From the NCBI GenBank assembly GCA_043228905.1, contig JBHGNT010000022.1, positions 5,766,001 to 5,830,000 on the forward strand: a DNA stretch of 64,000 nucleotides, read 5' to 3'. Position 1 is the stretch's first letter, and the number at the start of each line of letters is the position of its first letter. Source of the stretch: Azolla caroliniana (lineage: Eukaryota > Plantae > Polypodiophyta). Of the stretch, positions 1 to 10,557 are shown piece by piece. The notes under the pieces were generated by a model, which saw nothing but the letters and a program-made list of their open reading frames with translations, was not told where the DNA came from and did not search any database. Made by a program: the position numbers and the translations under genes.

Positions 1-3000
1 AGATCTTCTGATAGTCAAAGATCTGTACGAACCCATAGACAGAAGTGAAATACCCACAGGGGTATTGGAGTCTGATTGGAAACTCCTAAACAGGAAAGCA
101 GTGGCCACCATCAGACAATGTGTAGACATGAGTATCCTACATCACATGGCTAACGACACAAACGCCTATGAAATGTACCACAAACTATCAGGGTTGTATG
201 AGAGGAAGAATGCCCTCAACAAAACCTCTATGATGAGAAAGATCATGAGACTGAAGTACAGAGATGGAGAAAGCATTGTGGTACACATTAACACCTTCAT
301 GGGGTTGGTGAATCAACTTGCAGCAGCAAAGTTTCCATTAGATGATGCTATGCAAGCCTTGTTACTACTATGTACCCTGCCGGATAGCTAGGAGAAGCTA
401 GTGGTGTCTCTCAGTACCGCGTGCCAAGAAAAAAACTTATCCTTACAAGTGGTAAAGACAAGTACCCTAAACGTGGAGACAAGAAGGAAGGACAAGGGTG
501 TCTTGTCCCAATAGGAGGCAAATGTGACAACATTCAGGCAGAGGAAGAAGCAAGCAGAGAAGTCCACAGAGGAGAGACAAGTCTCATGCCAAGTCCAAGT
601 CCAGAGGAAAGCTCACATGCTTCTACTGTGGAAAGCCTGGACATTTCCAGAAGGACTGTCGACACCTTAAAAAAGACAACGGTGTTTCAAACAATATCGA
701 ACCCAGAAAGATTGCTGAGGGAAGGGCATTTCAGCCGTGGCTACAAGTGAAGAAGACCTTTTGTTCATTTGCAAGCAAGCGAGTGTAAACCTCGCAAATA
801 AGAGTGCACTTGGGTGATAGACTCTGCTGCATCGTTCCATATAACTCCCTCGAGAGAATGTTTTTCGTCTTACACAGCCGGTGACTATGGCTGTGTAAAG
901 ATGGGAGATAATGGAGCATGCACGATAGCCAGCATTGGAAGTGTATGTCTAACAACATCAACAGGTTGTAGACTGATCCTACGGGATTTTCGACATGTGC
1001 CCGATATGAGGCTGAATCTGATATCGACTAGAAGATTGGACGATGAAGGCTACAGTGGTAGTTTTCAAAATGGTACATGGAAGTTTTACAAGGGAAGTCT
1101 CATAGTGGCTCGAGCACAAAAACAAGGTACATTGTATGTGATGCATGCCAAGCTGTGCAAAGATGAGGCGAATGTGACAACCGACTCATAGGGGGAGTTA
1201 TAGCATAAGAGGCTTAGTCACATGAGCGAGAGAGGCATGCACATCCTAACCGACCAGAAACTTCTTCCGGAAGTAAAACGAGTGCACTTGGAGAGATGTA
1301 TTGACTGCCTGGTCGGAAAGCAAAATAGAGTTGTGTTCCACTCAAGACCACCAAAGAGAAGAGAAGTTGCATTGGAACTTGTACACACAAACTTGTGCTA
1401 CGTGAATGCTCCATCGCATCGTGGTGGACAATACTTCGTAACGTTCATTGACGACTACAGTCGAAAGTTGTGGGCTTTCGTACTAAAGTCGAAAGATCAA
1501 GTATTGTCGTTCTTCAAAGAGTTCCAGGCCAGAGCTGAAAGAGAGTTGGGTCGGAAGCCGAAGGCTATCCAAACTGACAATGGTGGCGAGTACAGAGGAC
1601 AGTTCAAAGAGTATTGGAAGTCCCAAGGTATTCAACTCCAATAACCAATGCCTAAGACCCCTGAGCTGAATGGGCTTCTAGAGAGGATGAATCGAACTAT
1701 CATGGAAAGAGTGAGGAGCATGTTGTCGCATGCAAGTTGCCGAAATCGTGTTGGGCTGAGGCAATGTACATGGTTGTTTATCTGATCAACGGGTCTCCCT
1801 CAATGCCCCTGAAAGGTGATGTCCCACAGAGGGTGTGGACAGCTAAAGATGTCTCCTATCAACACTTGAAGGTGTTCGAATGTCTGGCATATATGCATGT
1901 ACCAAAGGATCAGAGGTCGAAACTCGACAGCAAGTCGAAACCATGCATATTCCTGGGATACTCGGAGGATGAATTCAGCTACATGCTGTGGGATTTACAC
2001 GACAAGAAAGTGGTGAGGAGTCGGGACATTGTGTTCTTAGAAGACAAGACAACGGGTCTCCCTCAATGCCCCTGAAAGGTGATGTCCCACAGAGGGTGTG
2101 GACAGCTAAAGATGTCTCCTATCAACACTTGAAGGTGTTCGAATGTCTGGCATATATGCATGTACCAAAGGATCAGAGGTCGAAACTCGACAGCAAGTCG
2201 AAACCATGCATATTCCTGGGATACTCGGAGGATGAATTCAGCTACATGCTGTGGGATTTACACGACAAGAAAGTGGTGAGGAGTCGGGACATTGTGTTCT
2301 TAGAAGACAAGACAACGGGTCTCCCTCAATGCCCCTGAAAGGTGATGTCCCACAGAGGGTGTGGACAGCTAAAGATGTCTCCTATCAACACTTGAAGGTG
2401 TTCGAATGTCTGGCATATATGCATGTACCAAAGGATCAGAGGTCGAAACTCGACAGCAAGTCGAAACCATGCATATTCCTGGGATACTCGGAGGATGAAT
2501 TCAGCTACATGCTGTGGGATTTACACGACAAGAAAGTGGTGAGGAGTCGGGACATTGTGTTCTTAGAAGACAAGACAATGGAGGATTGGAAACAGCAGAA
2601 GTCGGAACAGGCTTCCCAGTCGACTCCCACTACTATCGACTCAACCCCAATCGATCATACATTGTCGACTGAGAGAAGACAGCCAGTCAGAATAGCCGAA
2701 TCTGAGTTGGTAGACCCAGAGCAACCGACAAATACAAATGAGTCAGAGTCGACTGACCTTCAGAAATCGATAGAGGCATACGAGTCGGAGTTGGTCGACC
2801 TTCAACAATTGATCGACATATATGAACACGAGCCGAGTGAAGAGTCACCAGAGACATCCGAACCTGAGCTGACTACGGGAGGTGGAAGATATCCACTCAG
2901 ACAAAGGAGAGCACCCTCACGATACGCCAGTCAATATGTTTTATTGATTGATGAAGATGAGCCAGAATGCTATGAGGCCATGGAAGACGAGCGCAAGGAG

Positions 3001-4495
3001 CAATGGCAGAGTGCAATGCAAGATGAGATAGATTCCTTGCATGAGAACTACACTTACGACTTGGTGGAACTACCGAAAGGTATGAGAGCCCTGAGAAACA
3101 AATGGGTCTTCAAGCTAAAAATGGGAAAGATGGCAACTCACCCAGATAGAAGGCTTGAATCGTAGTAAAGGGGTTTCAACAGAAGAAAGGGGTCAACTTT
3201 GATGAGATCTTCGCACCAATCGTAAAGACGACATCCATTCGAACAGTGCTAGGTATTGTTGCCGGTAGGAATCTGGAGATAGTGCAATTGGATGTCAAAA
3301 CAACATTCTTGCATGGGGAATTAGACAAAGAAATCTATATGCAACAACCCAAAGGCTTTGTGGAGAAAGGAAAAGAGAATCTGGTGTATCGACTAAGGAA
3401 AAGCTTGTATGGTCTGAAACAAGCTCCACGCTAATGGTACAAGAAGTTCGAATTCTTCATGCTGGAACATGGGTTCCATAAAATACAAGTTGATCATTGT
3501 GTGTTTGTCAAAAAGTATGATGAAGGCGACTTCTTGATTCTCTTGCTATATGTTGACGACATGTTGGTGGTCGGACAAGACACCAAGAAGATAGCAAGCT
3601 TGAAGAAAGCACTAGGCAAGTCGTTTTCCATGAAAGATCTTGGACCAACAAAGCAAAAATTGAGGATGCAAATAGTTCATGACAGAACTAAGAACGTGCT
3701 ATGGTTGTCACAACAAAAGTATGTGTCAAAGATCTTGGAAAGATTCAACATGTCGGAAGCAAAACCAATCGGGTCTGCATTGCCAACCAATTGCAAGTTG
3801 AATGCTAGGCAATGTCCAAAAGGGGAGAAGGACAAGGCCGAGATGAGGAAAGTACCATATGCCTCGGTTAATGTATGCTATGGTCTGTACGAGACACTAC
3901 ATAGCATTTGCAGTCAGAACGGTGAGCCGATATATGAGTAATCCGGGTCGAGAACACTGGGCAGCAATAAAGTGGCTACATAGGTACTTCAAAGGCACCT
4001 CAAGGGTGTGCCTTAGGTATGGTTTCAGAAAACCTACGTTCAAAGGTTTTACTGATTAAGACATGTCGGGGTTTGTAGACTTAGGCCGATCCATATCAGG
4101 TTATGTGATGGCCTATGCAAGGGGGGCAATGTCATGGCAGTCAAGACTGCAGAAGACTGTGGCTTTGTCGACCACAGAGGCAGAATACATGGCTGTTGTA
4201 GAGGCTGGTAAGGAGCTGATATGGATGAGGATTTTTCTCAATGAACTGGGAATGAAGCAAGGAGAATTCTTGCTCCATTGTGATAGTCAGAGTACCATAC
4301 ATCTAGCCAAGAATACTGTGTATCACTCTCGGACCAAGCACATACAGAGAAGGTATCATTGGGTTACGCGAGATGGTGGATGAGGGAGTGTTTACCTTTG
4401 TGTGGATCCGACATGCTTACAAAACCACTACCTATGGAAAGACTCAGAGTCTGTCGACAAAAGACAAGACTAGCCGACCGTGCCCATAGGAGTGA
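1..4495 (+). pseudogene. Copia gag-pol pseudogene with many stops and frameshifts
   Basis: Fragment ORFs 65-391, 814-1191, 1222-1644, 1737-3165, 3246-3434, 3459-3941 and 4063-4383 are collinear with the near-intact polyprotein at 50456-54529. Confidence 0.95.
1787..2578 (+). repeat. 263-bp tandem triplication inside the integrase C-terminal region
   Basis: CAACGGGTCTCCCTC recurs at 1787, 2050 and 2313; the copies look identical; CAA microhomology at the junctions. Confidence 0.95.
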
Positions 4496-4505
4496 GGGGG
4501 GAGTT

Positions 4506-5108
4506 TGTTAGGAATTTGCCTCTCCTATGGAAGAAGTCGACAATCAAAGTCGAGGAAGAAGTCAGAAGTAGAATCGACAAGCAAAATACAAGATGGTCGG
4601 TCAGATCGACCAACGAGTCGATCGGGTGGTCGACTGCTTTGAAGGAGATAGAGAGTCGACTATGACAGTCGACTGCATTGGATGGATGCTCCAAGTCATA
4701 GACAAGGCCGACAAGTCAAGCCGATTTATTATTATTATTAAGTATATAATAATAATAACATATCACTCCTATAAATAGGAATAGCTAGGGCAAACTTATG
4801 TAGTAGTGAACAGACGCGAGCGTAGCAGAGAGTAGGAAGAGATGTAAGAGTGCGCGTGAGAGAGACAAGCATAGTTTCGTGTAACTAGCCAAAACCCTAA
4901 GTGGGTATTAACTGATTTACAGATATTTGTAATCTTTTCCCTTCTCTGTACCTCTGTTTTATAGTGGAAGATCTGTTGCCCGTGGTTTTCCCCTGTTTTA
5001 GGGTTTCCACGTAAAAACCTGTGTACCGTGTAGTATTTTTGTTTCTTGTTTTCGGTTTTGTACAATTTCAGTCTATCTTTCTCGTCCATCTACGGTCTTA
5101 GCATAACA
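4506..5108 (+). repeat. 3' LTR of Copia A
   Basis: TGTTAGG...CATAACA directly after the PPT; TATA-like CTATAAATA near 4769. Confidence 0.85.
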
Positions 5109-6245
5109 TATTTTACCTGGCATTGATGTTAGAAGTTTAAATAATGAGATATTGGCAAGTTGTTTAAGGAGAAAGATAGACACCATGATTAAACCAACAG
5201 ATATTAGTTTAGAAAGATGCCTTATGCTTGAAAGTATCAAAAACCTAAACACAAAGGAAATAAACTTGTGTTTCCAAATTCATCGATTTTTTCCAATTTT
5301 GCAATATCTTATATTAGGCATTGTATTGGACTTTCACTCAGAAGTCTAATTTGTTGATAGATTAAAATTCAGGATTGAAAACTTATATTACTTGAGGGAA
5401 ACCTCAATATGAAATGAGAAGATTATGGAGCATATTATTCATGAATCATATTCCCCAGCTTTTCCATATGTGGAACCATATGTAGGGAGATATGCTCCAT
5501 ACAAACAAGTAGGAATTTCAGTAGGAACACGTAAAGAGACTCTAGACATATTTACATGTTTGGCTGTAAAATATTTATGAAAATTGCAAATAAAATAAAA
5601 TCAGTTTTTGATCCCACTTCAAATGGGCATGGTATCATAGTTACTGATATGAAGGAAAGATACATGCATACATACATCCATGCATTCATACATACATTAT
5701 TTATAGATATATTGCACGGACAGAGTTGCATGTATTTATTGTGTTGCCGCATTTGTCTCCAGTGGGAATCAAGTTGTGCACAATTTAATATTGAATAGAA
5801 ATGCAGTCATACACCATGAGGTAGTTCCCCTCCCCCTTGCTCTCGTTTATGATTATCAAATCTTGAGGTGACTTCATCCTCATTGTGTTGTTCATACATC
5901 ACCGCAAGGATGTAGATGCTGTCAGACAGCTTTATTCCCAATTAACTGAAGCATCATTTTTTACCGAAGTAAAAGCAAAACAAAAATCATGAAAAACATT
6001 TTCAAAGGTGTCCTTATGTAGGTGTTGGGATATCATTACACATCTGATTATGCAAAGATACAAGTAACCACAATAGAAAAATACGATGACATCCGCAAAC
6101 ATCTGGTTATCCAAATAAAAAAGTGACCATGATCAAAAAATACTATGATTTGTCAAAGGGACCGTGTCATACCATAAAGAATAGAATATTCTGAAAATTT
6201 TACTCATAGCTAAGTGAGAATTGAAGGAATATAAAATCATCATAC

Positions 6246-6428
6246 CTCTTCACATTGTCGATCTTCTTCAGCCAAAATGATAGTTGATGCAACAGATGAG
6301 CCAGCTGACCTCACTGTAGAAGCCAAGCTGCTTGCACTTCGGATGATGGATCGGAAACTTGGCAAGAACCGGCTGCTGCTCTTGCCACTTCTCGGTGACA
6401 AGGCAGTATATGCAGTATCACTCATCAT
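6246..6428 (-). CDS. ATG18: First coding exon of an ATG18f/g/h-like (BCAS3/PROPPIN-related) autophagy protein
   Basis: MMSD...FLPSFRSIIRSASSLASTVRSAGSSVASTII..EDRQCEE matches the N-terminus of plant ATG18f/g/h (LPxSF..I..AS.VASxVRSAGxSVA.SI...ED.DQ); it ends at a phase-0 donor GAG|GTATGA where homologues continue V-x-W-A-G-F. Confidence 0.75.
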
Positions 6429-7900
6429 CCCTGGGAATCCCAGTGAATCAATCCAATTCAGTTTGAATTTTATTTTATTTTATTGGGTTGAACTAGATTG
6501 AATTCAGTAATAGGACAAAGAAGTTTTACAAGTCGCAGTAGCCCTAACCCTAATTTCCCATTAGAGCAAAAAAGACTTGATTCTGTCACGTGTCTAGATC
6601 TTTTTTTCCCTTCAGATTCCTTCTGATATGATTCAGGCTTCCCCTTCGCTTTGATTTGTTTCAGAGCTGAAGTAGTTTCCCATGTCACGGTAACCTAACT
6701 CCAATTTCCCATTTCTATAAGGGGAAATGGATTTTGAGTTCAGCATATATCTTCTTCTTCCACTTGCATTTGATTTTATTTGAATCAGTTAGTTAATTTA
6801 GTGGATTTCCACAAGAAGGAAATCTTAACCCTAATTTCCCATTTCTAAAAGAGGGAAAGGATGTCAAGTGTTTCTCAGATGTTTTCTTATTATTATTATT
6901 ATTATTCTTTGCTTTATTTTTATGAGATCAGTTAGCTGAGGAACAAGATTGCCATAGCAATACCTTAATCCTAACCCTAAACATAGCCCTAGTTTCCCAT
7001 GTCTAAAATAGGGAAAAGTTTTTTAGTCTTTCTTGATTTGTCTTCTTCTTCTTCTTTCTTTTATCTTTGATTTGAATCAGTTAGCAGAAAAAATAGCAGA
7101 TTTTCATGTCGAAAACCTAACCCTTATCTTTAAAAAAAGGGAGATTTAGATTTATTTTTGTCTTTCACGGTCTTTCTTCTTCTTCTGATTTTGTCTTGAT
7201 TCAATTATCTGAAGAAGTTAACCCTAACCCTAACCCTAACCTCAACCTTCATCTTAACTATAACATCCCACTACTTTTGGGTTTTTGATCAGGATCAATC
7301 TTTCTTCTCCTTCTTCTTCTTCTTCTTCTTCTTCACGGGCTACTCAGATTTTCATATATAGATAGATTGACCTAGAAGTTGACTGTTCGTCAGAATCTGA
7401 TGTTTCACCTGTTCAGGTCTACGCAATACAGAAGCGTGAGAAAGAAGAAAAGCAAAAGGGTTAGGGTTTGCAGAGAGAATTTGGGGTCTTGCTGATTCAA
7501 GATACAGAATCTATGAATGACATACATATATATATATATGTGTATGTATGTGTGTATATGTATATATAAGATTGGGAAGAGAGGGGGGGGGGGGAAAGAA
7601 TTGAAAGAATTTTTGTTCGGCAGTCAGAAAGGAATCGAGAGAGGGGAGGGATGTTTTAGGGTTTCGGCAGAGATGGGGAAATCGGAGAAGGAAGCAGAGG
7701 AAGGAGAAGGAAGGCCAAAGACAGAGACAGAGACAGAGACGAAAGAGAGAGAGAGAGAGAGATGTGGCCCTGATTCTCGTTGTCCAGATCGTATACATAC
7801 TCACAGAAATTCAGAAAAATATTTAAAAATATTTATTTTGAGTGATGTACGTTTCCAATATGTATGTATGTACATACATACATAATAACACAGCCCCAAA
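6429..7900 (-). promoter_or_regulatory. Putative 5' UTR/promoter of the ATG18-like gene
   Basis: CT-rich tract on the minus strand (7720-7762), many telo-box-like AACCCTA motifs, candidate donor CAG|GTGAAA near 7405 and acceptor CAG|GGATG at 6431. Confidence 0.5.
6500..7330. repeat. Degenerate ~130-155-bp tandem repeat, about 6 units
   Basis: CCCTAATTTCCCATTTCT-like motif near 6548, 6699, 6829, 6987, 7116; TTGATTTGAATCAGTTAG-like motif near 6775, 6920, 7068, 7197. Confidence 0.6.
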
Positions 7901-8001
7901 AATAAACATATGATGCTTTTTTTTGTGATTTGAGATATTAAACAACATATGCTTCTACGATGTCTATGCATTTGTATGTATGTCACTCTCTTCAGACTAC
8001 G

Positions 8002-8006
8002 GTGTA

Positions 8007-8067
<61 letters not shown>
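8002..8067. repeat. (GTATGT)n microsatellite
   Basis: About 11 direct copies. Confidence 0.95.
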
Positions 8068-8449
8068 GGCTCATGTCTAACTGCTACCAAATATTAAAGA
8101 GGGTATGCGAGGGAATCGCGAGCACGGACGATGCATGTCGCTCAGCTAAGGGCGCGTGCGATCTACACTGTCCGATGTGAATCAAAAGCTTACAACGTCT
8201 GTCACCAAGAACCCGACTCAGAAACAGCCATCAAAAACTCCAAAAAATTGCCATTAAAAATGTTACATAAAAATTACTCAAAAAAACCCTAATCTTCCGA
8301 TTGCACAAAACTTAAAACTTAAAACTCAAAAATCATACAAAATGTCTTCAAGTTTCAAATTACACTTACATTTACAAGGGCAATTGTCCTTTATGCTATT
8401 TACAGTAATAGCCTATACTAGTTTGTACAAGAGGTTAATGTGAATATGT

Positions 8450-10557
8450 CAATTAGACGATTGCATTCGACACTCCATCAAATGTAGCAATCAAAAGTGC
8501 TTTAATGCAACTTATAGAACCGAAATGGTACCGGTCGGTGTATTACGTCAACCAAAAGCTACCTAGAGCGGAGCAAAATTACTCTACAATGGAAAGAGAA
8601 GCCCTAGGTATGGTCTACAACATCAATAAGTACCGACACTATTTGTTAGGCCGAAAGTTTTCATTCCATGTGGATCACTCCACGCTGGTCTATTTGGTGT
8701 CCAAAGCTTCGTTGATAGGCAAATTAGCCTCGTGGACCCTACTCCTCCAAGAATTCGACTTGGGAGCACAACACGCTGACGTCGATCACTTGAGCCAACT
8801 AGATTCGGAGGAAGCAAGAAACAGAGGGGAAGACGACTTTCCGAACGGCCAATTATTCTGGATAGTAGTGATCGAACCAGTTGACCATTACGGTATAGAG
8901 CTAGAGGACAAGTGGCTCATTGATAACTCCTCGTTCCTAGGTATTGGACTGCCACTGAAAGGGTTAAGTCAAGATCAGAAGAAAAGGTTGGCAGTTAAGA
9001 GTTAGAATTTCTGCTTAATAAAAGACTTGTTATATCATAAAGGAGTGGACAGGATCTAGAGGCGATGCGTCTAGGCAGATGAGAAGCCCACTCTATTGCG
9101 GGAAGCACATTGTGGGATCGTTGGCGGGCGTTACGAAGTGGCAACGGATAAGGAGAAGCTGCTAGAAGACGGGGACCGGATGATTGAACGATTCAGAGAA
9201 GTGTTGACGAAGGTACAAACCATGTATCAAACTCAATTGATGGCATGTTAGGTCCAAGCAGCAGCACCAATGCAATAGATTAAGCGGCTAAAGCAAGAAA
9301 AACAGGCCATGGAAGGGAAGATGGAGATGGGAATAAAAATAATCTGGATAATTGTCCAAAACCGGTGACAACAGATGAAAGAGAAGCTTGAGGAATGTTT
9401 GGTTGCGATATGGAAGGAATGGTTGGTGCATGTAGTAGAACTACAAGTGTTCTTTGTTGATGCAGAGAATAGGGCAAAATCCGAAGAAATTTTTTACAAG
9501 ATGGATGAAGAAAGCATAATCACAATCCGGGAAGAATTATCCAAGGATTTTCAAGCTATGGCTAAAGTACAAACCGATGAAATACGAAAAATCTTGGAAG
9601 AGTGTGAGGATGATCAGTTGCAGTTAATATTGGACTTGGAAACTTACGAGCGAGAGAGAGTTCAGCGGAAGAAGCAACACATCAGGTAAAACCAAGCCGA
9701 TCAGATAAATCTTAGTGATGAAGAATGATCAGAGGAGGAGCCAGAACAAACACATACGGAGGAAGAGCTGGAACATACACGCATAGAGAAGGAACAACTA
9801 GAGCAACAAGCGGAACATCTGAAGGATCAAGCACCGAGGCAACAGAGGACTGAAGATGAGGAACTGCCACAACAGATGGAAACTCAATAAGATAGAACAC
9901 AGAGAAGGAACAACTAGAGCAACAAGCGGAACATCCGAAGGATCAAGCACCGAGGCAACAGAGGACTAAAGATGAGGAACCGCCACAACAGATGGAAACT
10001 CAATAAGATAGAACGATGGACAAACAACAAAGCATTTTGGATATTTTGGAAGATTGCTGAGGGTGAGTGGGTTCAACGTGCAAGGCACTGTCCCACGAGC
10101 ATGCCATGTGTTGCCCAGTGAAGTAGTGATAGGATTGGTGTCGAAAAGTCGGAGAACCGGAGAGCCAAACGAGTGAAGACAGAGGGACCAAAATCCAAAA
10201 GGATACAGACAAAGTGTGAAAAGCTAGGATGAATAAATAAATAGATTTGAGTGTTGGTATTAATTAAGGATAAGAAGCGTTGTGATAGAAATAGATTAGA
10301 AGAGATATTATGTTAAGGGGTGTTGGATCTGGAAGGATGTACTGATCCGGAGGAACACCGTTTTGTATCAGAACCAACTACCTATATAAGGAATCCAGAT
10401 TGTATTGTTTGGGGTGCAAGTAATATATTATATTGGGAAGATCTATGTACTTGCTGTCATATGTACTTGAATGTCTAATCTTATGTATGTATTATCGTGT
10501 GTTGTTGATTGTTGATTGTTATACAGATTGACCATCCCTCCAACTACACCTTTGGAT
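8450..10557 (+). mobile_element. Truncated Ty3/gypsy relic: RNase H, start of integrase, then a Glu-rich coiled-coil accessory ORF remnant
   Basis: ORF 8505-9005 (EQNYSTMEREALGMVY..KYRHYLLGRKF..VDH); EAHCG..GG integrase zinc-finger start near 9100; acidic ORF 9375-9689; possible LTR from TGTTAAG at 10311. Confidence 0.7.
9785..10014 (+). repeat. 116-bp tandem duplication
   Basis: AGAGAAGGAACAACTAGAGC at 9785 and 9901, with few mismatches. Confidence 0.9.

Larger units (their letters stand above)
1..5108 (+). mobile_element. Ty1/copia LTR retrotransposon A (Tnt1/Tork-like), degenerate, 5' part outside window
   Basis: Domain order Gag (UBN2-like), zinc knuckle, PR (IDSAAS), INT (FVTFIDDYSR, TDNGGEY), RT (LLYVDD), RNH (TTEAEY); PPT GGAGTGAGGGGGGAG followed by the 3' LTR. 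Confidence 0.95.

Noticed and set aside
7219-7240. Interstitial telomere
   Set aside because: Only about 3 hexamer copies within a telo-box-rich promoter/UTR region.
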